From positions 1 through 35,917 of the IMG/VR virus record IMGVR_UViG_3300043414_000339: 35,917 nucleotides of DNA. One strand, 5' to 3'. This stretch comes from a virus. Taxonomy: Duplodnaviria > Caudoviricetes. This document shows, in pieces, positions 9,532 through 18,938 of the stretch. Position 1 is the first letter of the stretch. Each line of letters begins with the position of its first letter. Below the pieces are notes generated by a model that saw only the letters and a program-made list of their open reading frames with translations, did no database searches and was not told where the DNA came from. The position numbers and the translations under genes are program-made.

Positions 9532-10256
9532 TATTGGAACGCCTGTGCAAATGTGCCGTACCAGTTAGTGCCATCAGCAAAAAAGGTCAGGATGTCCCAT
9601 CTACTTGCTGTAGTAGTCAGTGTGGGTGCAGCATTATTAGGCCACTTCACACTTGTAAACGTACCTGTAAAGCCACCAGCGCCACTGCTAACAATCAACA
9701 CAAATGACTTTCCAGCCGTTGCTGTTGGCATTGTAAATGTGCAGTTACCAGTCATTGTGACGGTCTGCACAGTTCCGTTTGTCAATGCTAGAGTTTGAGA
9801 TGTACTTGAATTTCCAATTGCCACTACAGATTCAACATAGTTGGTAACTGTTGGATTTGTCAGTACTGGTGTTGTTAAAGTTTTATTGGTAAACGCTTCA
9901 GTACCAGCCAATGTTGCCAAAGTACCAGTTGTCGGCAATGTTACGTTAGTTGCAGCAGTGCTAGTCAAAGTCAATGAGTAAGCACCAGAATTTGCCAGAG
10001 TTGAGCCATCAGCAATAGTCAAAGTAGCTGACGTAGCGGGTGCAGTTATGGTTACTTTGTTGATGCTAGTAGCAGTAGCAACACCCAAAATAGGTGTTGT
10101 AAATGTTGGAGATGCCGTATCAGCCTTAGAGTTGACAGCAGTTTGAATATTGTCAAATTCAGTATTAATCTCAGTACCTTTGACAATCTTTAAAGGGTCG
10201 CCAGAGGTAAGCGTATCCTTAGTTGCAAAGTTGGTTGATTTTGTGTAATTAGTCAT
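9531..10256 (-). CDS. Tail fibre / fibre-adaptor protein
   Basis: Thr-rich; N-terminal KGTEINTEFDNIQTAVNSK anchor; C-terminal VKWPNNAAPTLT...DILTFFADGTNWYG domain. Confidence 0.7.
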   Translation of the reverse strand: MTNYTKSTNFATKDTLTSGDPLKIVKGTEINTEFDNIQTAVNSKADTASPTFTTPILGVATATSINKVTITAPATSATLTIADGSTLANSGAYSLTLTSTAATNVTLPTTGTLATLAGTEAFTNKTLTTPVLTNPTVTNYVESVVAIGNSSTSQTLALTNGTVQTVTMTGNCTFTMPTATAGKSFVLIVSSGAGGFTGTFTSVKWPNNAAPTLTTTASRWDILTFFADGTNWYGTFAQAFQ

Positions 10257-10265
10257 GTTTATCCT

Positions 10266-11825
10266 TTAAGTCAATCGACCATGCTTAGATTGAATTTCAA
10301 TTCTTTGAATGGACAATTGAGAGCCGTTAATATCCACTTCATATCCCGTCTGAACAATCTTTCCAGAACCAGCACCATTAGCAACCAATGTTTGCAATGC
10401 AACACCCTCTGAGTAGTACGCAACAACAGTGGCATTTGCACCATATTCTGCTGTTCCATACTCTGAAACGCCTTGAGTTGGAATCAATACATTCTGAGAC
10501 AAATAATTTGCCAGAAAGTCATATCCCCACTTAATCGTCACAAACTGATTACTTCCACCAATAATTACAACAGAAATCTTCTTGATAATTGATGTGATAG
10601 ATGCGTTTCCAAGATCGGCATGGTTGGTGTAATACGCCATACGATATGAAGATGTATCGTCTTTATATCCTGTGTATTGAGCAACATAACCAGTCTTCCC
10701 AATCAAAACGTCACCATTGCGTTTAGACAAGAAAGATTTGGGAAGGATTGAATCCCATGTTGTTACACGATAAGAACCATCTTGCAATGCTACCTTTGTG
10801 TCAAAGCAATAGACTTGTTGATTGACAGGCAAAGACAACAAGTAAAACGCTTCTTTTTCTGAATGTACGGACTTAATGTTTGCCAATGTTTCACTGGCAA
10901 TCTTCTTTGATAAATCATTGCGAACATTCTTAGACAAGTCACGCTCTGGTGCAGACTTCTCCTGAATAGTCCTCATCAAGGAACGAACACCGCTGTTGGA
11001 CAAAAACACAACATCAGTGCTAGTCGTTTGGATACTGTCCCTCGCAATGCAACCAATACCCTCAACAGTGTCACTCAATGACATGGTTGATGGACTAGTT
11101 GCACCTTGATAAACCAAGATTTGACGCTTACCAAAGATGAACAAGAAGCCATTGTGTGCAGCCAAACCAGTGACTTCATCAGCACCATTAGGCCAAATAT
11201 TGTTCACATTCAAACTACCAGACGTACCAGTAGCCCAAACATGACCAGCAATCAAATCACTGTAATACACAGTAGCATTGTTGCTAGTGGTATTAGCCGC
11301 CCACAAACGCCCATAGGCAGACAAAACAATGTTGGCTGATGGGACTGTAGCCACATATCCTGTTTTCTCTGAAACACGGCGATAAGTGGTTGTAGATACA
11401 GCAGGGTCAAAGATCAGTGGGTCATGACCAGACTGGAAAAAGTATGTGATTCCATTCAAAGAAGCACACTGCCAGTTATTAGCCGTGATAGTAGGAGCAG
11501 ACCCCCCTCCCCCATAGGTCAACTCAGTAACAGCATTAGAACCATCAAGTTTAAATAACTTCAAGTTGCCAGCAAACAATACAGTCAAAGTACCATCAGC
11601 TTGCACCAATTCGTGCATAACAGTTACGTCATTTGAGCCAAGGTTTCCAGTAGAGGAATTGAGTGGTGTCCACCCTTTGCGAGAGCCAACACGACCATAC
11701 TGATCAATGATGCAATTAGTTGCAATTAGAGCAAAACCTTGAGACAAGTCCAATGGACTGTCCTGAGTGTTGAGCCCAAAAAACCCTGGGGCTGAAATAC
11801 TTGCTATTTCAAGTCCTGTTGCCAT
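10266..11825 (-). CDS. Tail nozzle / packaged-DNA stabilisation protein (P22 gp10 / tail tubular B-like)
   Basis: 519 aa beta-rich; GFFGLNTQDSP start, GIGCIARDSI and VVFLSNSGVRSL motifs; follows the adaptor. Confidence 0.7.
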   Translation of the reverse strand: MATGLEIASISAPGFFGLNTQDSPLDLSQGFALIATNCIIDQYGRVGSRKGWTPLNSSTGNLGSNDVTVMHELVQADGTLTVLFAGNLKLFKLDGSNAVTELTYGGGGSAPTITANNWQCASLNGITYFFQSGHDPLIFDPAVSTTTYRRVSEKTGYVATVPSANIVLSAYGRLWAANTTSNNATVYYSDLIAGHVWATGTSGSLNVNNIWPNGADEVTGLAAHNGFLFIFGKRQILVYQGATSPSTMSLSDTVEGIGCIARDSIQTTSTDVVFLSNSGVRSLMRTIQEKSAPERDLSKNVRNDLSKKIASETLANIKSVHSEKEAFYLLSLPVNQQVYCFDTKVALQDGSYRVTTWDSILPKSFLSKRNGDVLIGKTGYVAQYTGYKDDTSSYRMAYYTNHADLGNASITSIIKKISVVIIGGSNQFVTIKWGYDFLANYLSQNVLIPTQGVSEYGTAEYGANATVVAYYSEGVALQTLVANGAGSGKIVQTGYEVDINGSQLSIQRIEIQSKHGRLT

Positions 11826-12472
11826 CAGACCGCCACAAACTCTTGATTTTCAGGATAACGAGTGCCTTCCAAAGCAATGTAATCAGACAACATTGTTTTG
11901 TACAACGAATAAGCCTCAGATGAACTCAATCCACCATCCTCACCACGCTCAACCAAAGCCCTAGCATAAGCATTCTGAGATACCAATACATCAGGAACAG
12001 CCACAACAGTAGAGTCACTAGACAATGTTGTCTGTGGCACTGTAAGGCTGAAAGGGATGCTGTAAACGCCATCAGGACGAGGATAAATCGTTACCTTAGT
12101 GTCGTAGCTACCATCTACGCCATCAAAGGCGTAATAGGCGGGAATTCCACTAACAGGGGTAGAAAAGTTCTGAAAACGGTTCATTGACGCAAAGTCAATA
12201 TTCTTCATTCTCAGATTTGAAGTCACGTTCAGTACATCAAGCACTTGAAACTTCTGACCAGCGCCAGTTAAAGCATAAGAGTATGTGTTTGATGTTGTAG
12301 ACAGGGTAATGGTTGTGCCAAGCACATTCCATGCAAATGCATCTTCAACTTGACGTTTTCCATCATTGACAAACTTGCCAATCAAAGATGAATAAGATGT
12401 TTGGGAAACGGTTGAAACGGTTGTCTCACGCAACCTGACCAACACATCATTAACAAGTTCTAAATAGGTCAT
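11825..12472 (-). CDS. Head-tail adaptor (tail tubular protein A-like)
   Basis: MTYLELVNDVLVRLRE start and G.P.YY...IYPRPD motif; size and synteny. Confidence 0.7.
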   Translation of the reverse strand: MTYLELVNDVLVRLRETTVSTVSQTSYSSLIGKFVNDGKRQVEDAFAWNVLGTTITLSTTSNTYSYALTGAGQKFQVLDVLNVTSNLRMKNIDFASMNRFQNFSTPVSGIPAYYAFDGVDGSYDTKVTIYPRPDGVYSIPFSLTVPQTTLSSDSTVVAVPDVLVSQNAYARALVERGEDGGLSSSEAYSLYKTMLSDYIALEGTRYPENQEFVAV

Positions 12473-12780
12473 CTGCTTTTCGCCTTTGCTTTGTTCCTTG
12501 CGGATATAGCTTGAGCTTTTGCCTTTGCATCAGATTTAGAGTTAGCACCCCAAGCCTTTAGCGAAAGAAGCAGTCTGGTCGGTTCACCTTTCTTGTCGTA
12601 CTCAGGGCCATCATTACCACCCATACGAGCCAAGAAACTTGCTCTGCGAGGATTATCCCCCGACTTGACTGGAGGCTTCAAATTGCCACCAGTTTCTGCA
12701 TTATAAGATGATCTTCCCTTGGCATTCAAGCCGCCCTTTGGATTTTGACCAGCTTTTGTTTGCCAAGCGGGAGATTTCAT
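12469..12780 (-). CDS. Basic phage protein (DUF6321-like)
   Basis: AWQTKAGQNPKGGLNAKGR...RRASFLARM...SLKAWG signature. Confidence 0.7.
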   Translation of the reverse strand: MKSPAWQTKAGQNPKGGLNAKGRSSYNAETGGNLKPPVKSGDNPRRASFLARMGGNDGPEYDKKGEPTRLLLSLKAWGANSKSDAKAKAQAISARNKAKAKSR

Positions 12781-12938
12781 CACTTCACCTTTTTAGGCTT
12801 CTTTGCGGTCTTTGCCGCCTTTTTGAAGTCAGCAGCAGTAGGTGCGTCTTTAGAACCTACCTTATTCATCTTTTCGCCAGAACCAGCCTTGATTCGGGCT
12901 TGTTTGGCATGAATATTTCCATAAAGTGAGTTTTTCAT
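12780..12938 (-). CDS. Small Lys-rich protein, 52 aa (not in ORF track)
   Basis: MKNSLYGNIHAKQARIKAGSGEKMNKVGSKDAPTAADFKKAAKTAKKPKKVK; overlapping start/stop codons with both neighbours. Confidence 0.75.
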   Translation of the reverse strand: MKNSLYGNIHAKQARIKAGSGEKMNKVGSKDAPTAADFKKAAKTAKKPKKVK

Positions 12939-13099
12939 TTCATCTTCTTTTTGGGTTTGGCTTTACCAGCCTCACTCAAAGCAATCGCAACTGCTTGGGC
13001 ACGACTCTTGACAATCTTGCCACCCTTACCAGAGTGCAAAGTACCTTCTTTATATTCGTTGTATACCTTACTAATCTTCTTTTGAGCCTTGGTTTTCAT
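12935..13099 (-). CDS. Small Lys-rich protein, 54 aa (DUF6496-like; not in ORF track)
   Basis: MKTKAQKKISKVYNEYKEGTLHSGKGGKIVKSRAQAVAIALSEAGKAKPKKKMK; ATGA coupling. Confidence 0.75.
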   Translation of the reverse strand: MKTKAQKKISKVYNEYKEGTLHSGKGGKIVKSRAQAVAIALSEAGKAKPKKKMK

Positions 13100-13413
13100 A
13101 CTAACTCCGTTACAGAAACTGTTGATGAAGTCACAGTTGCATCCTTAATAACCGCAATCTTTTGTCCAGGGGTTACCTTAATAATCTCAATTAAGTTATT
13201 GGGCATCATGGGCGAAGTTGTCAGGTTTGCAGTTGGAGCAGAGCCAATTTGGTAGTGGCAATGACCCAAAGAGCAAGCAATGCGAATCATGGTGGTATTA
13301 GCACCAAAAGCAGTAGAAGCGGCAGTTGTGTTGCCAACCGTGAAAACTTGGGTTGTGCCAATAGCCGCAACACCATAAGCAACTTGATTAGGGTCGAGTT
13401 GGAATGTAGACAT
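13096..13413 (-). CDS. Putative small virion structural protein (beta-rich)
   Basis: 105 aa Thr/Ala/Val-rich; GAGG RBS; head module. Confidence 0.55.
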   Translation of the reverse strand: MSTFQLDPNQVAYGVAAIGTTQVFTVGNTTAASTAFGANTTMIRIACSLGHCHYQIGSAPTANLTTSPMMPNNLIEIIKVTPGQKIAVIKDATVTSSTVSVTELV

Positions 13414-13601
13414 TATTTACCTCTTGAAGATTTTTTCATCATGTTTGTAGCCGTGCGGCTACCACGCATAGGCATAGCCTTCTTTGGCTTACCAACAGCA
13501 ACCATGATAGTTACAGGAATACCTTTTTTCTTGCCGTACTCTTTGGCTTCGTTCTCGCCTTTTTCAGAGTAGGGAAACTTCTTTTTTCCGACCATAGGCA
13601 T
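13413..13601 (-). CDS. Small Lys-rich protein, 62 aa
   Basis: AAGGAG RBS before ATG 13601; MPMVGKKKFPYSEKG... Confidence 0.7.
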   Translation of the reverse strand: MPMVGKKKFPYSEKGENEAKEYGKKKGIPVTIMVAVGKPKKAMPMRGSRTATNMMKKSSRGK

Positions 13602-13611
13602 AGTGTTCTCC

Positions 13612-13815
13612 TTATTTCCAAATTCGATCAATGATGAAGGTAACTAAGCCACCACCAAAGGAAGCCAATGACATTCCAACCCAAAGACCGCCTTTAGACT
13701 TGTTTGCCATCTCTAAAAGTGTCTTTACATCCGTACTAAGAATGTGCATCTCTTTTTGTAAAGCCTCGACTTGAGCCTCTAATTTGCCAAAATCTCTTGC
13801 GTCAATGTCAGACAT
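13612..13815 (-). CDS. Coiled-coil + C-terminal TM protein (XhlA/holin-like architecture)
   Basis: MSDIDARDFGKLEAQVEALQKEM...GGLWVGMSLASFGGGLVTFII. Confidence 0.65.
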   Translation of the reverse strand: MSDIDARDFGKLEAQVEALQKEMHILSTDVKTLLEMANKSKGGLWVGMSLASFGGGLVTFIIDRIWK

Positions 13816-14026
13816 TTGCAACCTTTCGGGGTCTACCCATACGTTTAATTGTGGGGATGACAGGCGCACGAAAGGCGGTATCTGTACGAACAGAATCATC
13901 AGATTCTGTGGTTACTTCTGGCTCGTCTACCCTGACATAACCATGATGACCCTCCATAGAGTCAATGTCATGTTGCAAGGTAAAAGTCACGGTATTACCT
14001 GACTGGAGACAACGAAAAGTAGCCAT
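13808..14026 (-). CDS. Hypothetical protein with C-terminal AT-hook-like KRMGRPRK
   Basis: 72 aa ORF with AAGGG RBS. Confidence 0.7.
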   Translation of the reverse strand: MATFRCLQSGNTVTFTLQHDIDSMEGHHGYVRVDEPEVTTESDDSVRTDTAFRAPVIPTIKRMGRPRKVANV

Positions 14027-14041
14027 AAAACCCTTTAAATG

Positions 14042-14066
14042 AAAAAGGGGGTAATTAGCCCCCTTT
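14042..14066 (-). terminator. Rho-independent terminator
   Basis: Minus strand AAAGGGGG-CTAATTA-CCCCCTTTTT. Confidence 0.75.
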
Positions 14067-14070
14067 GCCC

Positions 14071-14397
14071 TTATTGAACAGGACGAGCAACTATAAGTTG
14101 CAATGTTGTCGAAGCCAAGTCCACAGAACCTGCTGTTGGGTTGTAGGTCACGATAGTCACAGTGTTAGCGGCTGAAACATAGGCTCGGCGAACCAAACCA
14201 GCTTCACTGACACCAATTGACATACCAATAACCATGTCGCCCAAAGCCACGCCTGAAACGGTTACTGTGTCTGTAGCTGTAGCAGTGGTAGCAACTGATG
14301 CGCTATCCAAAGTACAAGAAACATCCCATGTATCTGTAAACAGACCACGGAACTGATCGTTTCCACGGCGGGAAACTACTGCTGTTGCTGCTGCCAT
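14071..14397 (-). CDS. Putative capsid decoration/cement protein
   Basis: 108 aa beta-rich, TVTVSGVALGD...AYVSAANTVT; directly after the capsid gene. Confidence 0.6.
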   Translation of the reverse strand: MAAATAVVSRRGNDQFRGLFTDTWDVSCTLDSASVATTATATDTVTVSGVALGDMVIGMSIGVSEAGLVRRAYVSAANTVTIVTYNPTAGSVDLASTTLQLIVARPVQ

Positions 14398-14420
14398 TTT
14401 GATTTCTCCTAATTAAGTTT

Positions 14421-14452
14421 AAAAAGTCCCCCCACCACTAGGGCAGGGGGCG
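14421..14452 (-). terminator. Terminator-like hairpin after the capsid gene
   Basis: Minus strand CCCCCTGCC-CTAGT-GGTGGGGG followed by GACTTTTT. Confidence 0.6.
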
Positions 14453-14461
14453 CAACTGCAA

Positions 14462-15451
14462 TTAGCTAGGAACAACCAAAGCAAACATGGAGGAAGACTT
14501 GGCAGCGCCCACAGTAGCGGCGTTACGCAAAGCGGCAACACCATACAAAGTGTCAGAAGTAAACAGAGTAGCCAAATACTCTTGTTTGTACTGAACTTGT
14601 GAACGGATACCAACTTGCTCAACCAGAACCATAGAGTCCTTGTGACCCATCAAGCAGACACGGGCAATAGCAGAACCGCTAGTTGGGAAAGCGGCAGTTG
14701 CAGAAGCAGAGTCAGCATTGCTGGAAGTGAACACAGGGATACCATACAGGTTACCGATTTCACCGTTGCGGATGGCATCGCCATTACCGACAAATGCTTG
14801 TTCGGTATAACGAGCCAGACCCATCAGGGTGTTGCGGCTTGATGGAGGGATGATGAAGAAACGACCATCCATAGGAGTGTCGTTATCATCCAAACGCTGA
14901 ATGGTGCGGCGAATAGCCGAATCAGTCAAAGCGGTAGCGTTACCAGTGTTGGTATTCTGTGTGTAGTCAAAAGTGGTTGTACCGTCACCACCAATGAAAC
15001 CAGCGTCATAACGAGCAGAACCAGCAGTACCACCGTTGGCAGAACGACCCAACTGAATCAAGTCGGTATCAACTTGACGAGCCAAAGCGTAACCAGCATC
15101 AGCAGTGTAGAACTGACGCATAGAGTTCAATGCTTGGGCTTCCACGATGTCTTCGATCAAGCGGCTATATTCATAGTGCTTGTTGATGGACACTTGGACT
15201 TCAGACTCGGTAGCAGCAATTAAAGTAACTGCATCAGTAGCGACTTTGGCAGAAGCAGAACCACGGGTAGGTGCAGGAATGTGAACAGTGTCACCTTTCT
15301 TGCCCTTGAAGTTCATCTTCATAACCAAGTTCGCAAGAACCAAGTTTTTCTTGTAAGCCGCAATAATTTCGTCTGACCAAATCTCAGGGATGAAGTTAGC
15401 TGCGGTGGTAGTGGTTACTGAGCCACTAGGGGAAAATGCTGTATTTGCCAT
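14462..15451 (-). CDS. Major capsid protein
   Basis: FIPEIWS...KGDTVHIP...GEIGNLYGIPVFTS...DTLYGV motifs of HK97-fold podovirus-type coats; GGAG RBS. Confidence 0.9.
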   Translation of the reverse strand: MANTAFSPSGSVTTTTAANFIPEIWSDEIIAAYKKNLVLANLVMKMNFKGKKGDTVHIPAPTRGSASAKVATDAVTLIAATESEVQVSINKHYEYSRLIEDIVEAQALNSMRQFYTADAGYALARQVDTDLIQLGRSANGGTAGSARYDAGFIGGDGTTTFDYTQNTNTGNATALTDSAIRRTIQRLDDNDTPMDGRFFIIPPSSRNTLMGLARYTEQAFVGNGDAIRNGEIGNLYGIPVFTSSNADSASATAAFPTSGSAIARVCLMGHKDSMVLVEQVGIRSQVQYKQEYLATLFTSDTLYGVAALRNAATVGAAKSSSMFALVVPS

Positions 15452-15482
15452 GTTTGTATCTCCAAAAAATCAAAAGTTAAGG

Positions 15483-16244
15483 TTATTTAACCCTACCATC
15501 TGCATATGCTTGCATGATCTCGTCACTCAAAGCATCGTACCGATTCGGGTCTTGCATCTTTAGCCGAATAAGGTCAGCCCTTCGGTAAACTCGTTTTCCA
15601 GATTCACCAGTACCACCTACATCTACAGATGCGGCCTTCAGATTAGTTTTGCGTTGGGCTTCCCCTGCATCACTGGTCTGTTTAGCCTTAACACCCTTCA
15701 ATTGCTTGTAGGTACTGAGCAGTTCGTTAGCACTGTCATAATCAAATTCACCATCAGCTTTAGCATACAAGCCAAGGCGAATAGGGGAAGATTTCACCCA
15801 ATTCACAAAGTCTGTATCTTGAACAATCTGACCAAAATCAGGGTGTTCACTAGACAGCTTTTGCTGAATCTGCATCTTTTTGAACTCTAAAGCCGCATGG
15901 CGACCCGCAAGAACATCAGGATGGTTATCAACAGTCTTACGAACAGCCGCTTGTGGATTCTCAAAGAAATCTACTTCTGGCTCTTCCTCTTTAACAGGTT
16001 GAGGCTTACCCGCAAGGTTTTGCTTGATAAGTTCATCGGCTAATTTGCGTACTTCACCTACCTCTTGAGCCTGCTTGCCAATTAGCTTTTCTGCTTCTTG
16101 GTGCATTTTGATGATGTCTGACAGTTCTTTACCCCGATACTTGTCGGGAATGTCATGACTATCTTGCTCAATTGTCGAATGAAGTTGTTGCTTTTCAACG
16201 ACTTCTAACTCACTTTGCGTCTCGTCTGGGTTATCAATCAACAT
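15483..16244 (-). CDS. Capsid scaffolding protein
   Basis: Acidic N-terminus, coiled coil, PDKYRGK motif, C-terminal AYADGRVK; directly upstream of the capsid gene. Confidence 0.75.
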   Translation of the reverse strand: MLIDNPDETQSELEVVEKQQLHSTIEQDSHDIPDKYRGKELSDIIKMHQEAEKLIGKQAQEVGEVRKLADELIKQNLAGKPQPVKEEEPEVDFFENPQAAVRKTVDNHPDVLAGRHAALEFKKMQIQQKLSSEHPDFGQIVQDTDFVNWVKSSPIRLGLYAKADGEFDYDSANELLSTYKQLKGVKAKQTSDAGEAQRKTNLKAASVDVGGTGESGKRVYRRADLIRLKMQDPNRYDALSDEIMQAYADGRVK

Positions 16245-16300
16245 TGTTTTTCCTTTTTCCTGCCACTTTTGGGTTCTAGGAGACACCACGGCGAAATTGC

Positions 16301-16528
16301 TTATGTGGTGGTTTTGCGTTCAGCAGCCAACTTTTCACGGTGTTTTCGGTCAAATTTCATTGCCGAGCCAGGGAAACTCCCTGACCACCCCTCCAAGTTA
16401 ATGCTTGGCGCAGAGATTGTGCGATTGGCTAAACCACCGCACTCACAATGAACAGATTGCATCTCATAAACACAATACCGTTCAATCTTGTGTCCGTTTT
16501 CACAGACAAAATCATACATTCTTTTCAT
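16301..16528 (-). CDS. FmdB-like zinc-ribbon protein
   Basis: YDFVCENGH...CECGGLANRTISAP. Confidence 0.7.
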   Translation of the reverse strand: MKRMYDFVCENGHKIERYCVYEMQSVHCECGGLANRTISAPSINLEGWSGSFPGSAMKFDRKHREKLAAERKTTT

Positions 16529-16751
16529 TCAATTCCTCGTAGGCTCGTTCGCTGACCTCTTTCAAGGTTTTCAGCCAAGTCAAGATGGAAAGTTCTCCCT
16601 TACGGAACATCAAGGTCTTTTCATCAGGAATAACGCTTATATTATTTAGTGACTCTATCATAATGTCAATATCTATAGCCAAATCCTTCCACCCCTCTGT
16701 TCCCATCATGGAAAAGCGTTCTTCGTAATACTTTTGTAGTTCTGGTGTCAT
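16512..16751 (-). CDS. Small head-module hypothetical protein
   Basis: 79 aa; TEGWKDL...FRKGEL motif; position between portal and scaffold. Confidence 0.7.
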   Translation of the reverse strand: MTPELQKYYEERFSMMGTEGWKDLAIDIDIMIESLNNISVIPDEKTLMFRKGELSILTWLKTLKEVSERAYEELNEKNV

Positions 16752-17017
16752 GCGTCTTCTGCGCCTTCAAACTCAGGTTTTTGTTTGATGATTGCGTACA
16801 GGGAGGCACGGTCTGCACCAGCAACGTATTCGCTACCAGCAATCTGTACCTTGCCAGCACTCAAAGGCTGTTTGCCAGCATCACGGGCGGCTTTGGATGC
16901 GTAGCCGTAAAAGGTCACTTCAGTGCCTTGGCCTTTGAAGTCTTCTTGGACTGCCCCGATATTCCAGTATGAAGCTGGAATGCCGTAGTCGGTGTCTATT
17001 GATTTGATGAGTGCCAT
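16748..17017 (-). CDS. Fibre-associated small protein (possible chaperone)
   Basis: 89 aa; YGYASKAARDAGKQPL; directly follows the fibre gene. Confidence 0.6.
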   Translation of the reverse strand: MALIKSIDTDYGIPASYWNIGAVQEDFKGQGTEVTFYGYASKAARDAGKQPLSAGKVQIAGSEYVAGADRASLYAIIKQKPEFEGAEDA

Positions 17018-17021
17018 GTTT

Positions 17022-18938
17022 TTATCCTACGAGTAAACGGCGGGTTGTACCGCCAGAATCTTTGATTGTGATGTAACCAGTTGGGGTAAGAATAGTGCCT
17101 GTGTATGTACCAAATCTGACAGCGCCGGCGCCTTTAGGGGTCAAATTCAAATCTATGTCTGCATCTGTTCCAGCCACGCTGAATATTGGGCCAGCACCAG
17201 TAATTGCACCTGTTGCAGTTGCATAGTTAACAATTGTTCCAGCGGTATGTGTTACTCGAAATTGCTCAGATGATGCTGTTGCGGTATAAAAACGAATAAC
17301 ACCTGTGCTTTTGCTAATCAAATTTAAACTTACAGCCGCATCAGTACCTTGTGCTGAAATAGCAGGCGTACCACCAGTAGCCGCACCAGTCACTTGTACA
17401 TAGTTAACGGCAGATGCTGTGTGGGATACACGCATTTGCTCTAATGATGTGCTTGTCTTAAATTGAATAGGTACGGCACTTGCAGTCTCAATTGAGCCTG
17501 AAATAGAAGATGTTGCCCTTAAAGAAGGTGTAGCGTTTGTTCCAAATGCTACCCAATATGCCGAAGAAGTTGTGCCACCATCTTGAACCCTAAAACCTTC
17601 ACCGTTAGGTGAATAAAACGACATCGTAGAACCAAGAGATTGAATTCTTGTTCCACTACCCACCGTAGCATAAGCAGCAGCACCAGAACCACTACCGCCT
17701 GAGAAGGTCACAGTGGGTTGTTCAACGTAGCCTGAACCAGCGTTGGTAATCACAAAAGAATTTGCAATTCCCCAAGTCATATTGAATGTAGCACCTGAAC
17801 CACTACCGCCTGTTACTGAAACAGGGTTAGCCGCATAAGCTGAATATGTTGCAAAATTAGTGTAAGTTGCCGCAGTAATTACGCCACCAGAAACAGCAGT
17901 AACAGTTAATGTCCCAGCCCCTGAACTTGGTGTACCACCAACAATAGTTAAAACATTACCAACTGTATAGCCTGTACCGCCACTTACAATAGTTGGAGTT
18001 CCTGTCGTAGTAATTGGTGTAGTTCCAGATGCAGTTGTACCACCAACCGTTGTTGGGGCTGATGCTGTCCATGTAACTGTGCCTGTGTACCCTGTGCCTG
18101 CGGCTGTTCTTGTTACAGCGGTAACAGTACCACCATTGCTAATATTTACACCACTTGAACCAGCAACTAGATCAATAGCACCTGTGCCCTTGCTGTCCAG
18201 CACCAGTGAAATATTTGCATCGCTACCAAGGGTTTGAAACTCAACTGCTTTGGTTGTTGCACCACCAGTTAATTGTCCGTAGTTGGCAGAATCGCCACCA
18301 CCAATCAGCGTAGTAAACGTACCGGTGTTAGGTGTTGTATTTCCAATCGTAGGAGGAGATGACAGATCAATATCTGAACCATTTAAGGTATCCCAAGATA
18401 GACCAGTCCCATCAGTCTTCAAATACTTGTTAGCGTTTCCAGTCTGTTCAGGAAGAACAGTACCCGCACCACCAGAAGTAACTAACTTAATCTTTTCTTG
18501 CAATTCTGGCGCAACTACTTCACCAACATTGATCTCTTGACCAGTGGACAGCGTGATAATCAATGAACCATCAAAGTCGATCTTGGCATCAGTAACACTT
18601 ACACCATCTTGCCCGTCTTGACCATCACGACCATTGATACCATCACGACCATCTTTACCATCTTGACCATTAGCGCCATCTAAACCACGATCGCCCTTGT
18701 CGCCTTTATCTCCCTTTTCAGGAACAATGGATTTGGCAATCTCAAGTTGGTTTTCAACCTTGCGCTCCATCACTTTGATGGCTTCTACGATCAAATCAAC
18801 ATTTTCTTGAACAGCTTGTTCTTCTTGCTGGCGCATTGCCACCAAGGTTTCTTCCATTTGATTGATAGCGGCTAACTTCTCATCAAAAGACGAGTCTGCT
18901 GCCTCAATACTTTTGATAAGGTCTTTGATATTAGCCAT
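17022..18938 (-). CDS. Collagen-repeat fibre protein
   Basis: N-terminal coiled coil, about 13 G-X-Y triplets, ITNAGSGY-type repeats and three ~40-aa NY..TG.AT...K..G repeats. Confidence 0.75.
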   Translation of the reverse strand: MANIKDLIKSIEAADSSFDEKLAAINQMEETLVAMRQQEEQAVQENVDLIVEAIKVMERKVENQLEIAKSIVPEKGDKGDKGDRGLDGANGQDGKDGRDGINGRDGQDGQDGVSVTDAKIDFDGSLIITLSTGQEINVGEVVAPELQEKIKLVTSGGAGTVLPEQTGNANKYLKTDGTGLSWDTLNGSDIDLSSPPTIGNTTPNTGTFTTLIGGGDSANYGQLTGGATTKAVEFQTLGSDANISLVLDSKGTGAIDLVAGSSGVNISNGGTVTAVTRTAAGTGYTGTVTWTASAPTTVGGTTASGTTPITTTGTPTIVSGGTGYTVGNVLTIVGGTPSSGAGTLTVTAVSGGVITAATYTNFATYSAYAANPVSVTGGSGSGATFNMTWGIANSFVITNAGSGYVEQPTVTFSGGSGSGAAAYATVGSGTRIQSLGSTMSFYSPNGEGFRVQDGGTTSSAYWVAFGTNATPSLRATSSISGSIETASAVPIQFKTSTSLEQMRVSHTASAVNYVQVTGAATGGTPAISAQGTDAAVSLNLISKSTGVIRFYTATASSEQFRVTHTAGTIVNYATATGAITGAGPIFSVAGTDADIDLNLTPKGAGAVRFGTYTGTILTPTGYITIKDSGGTTRRLLVG

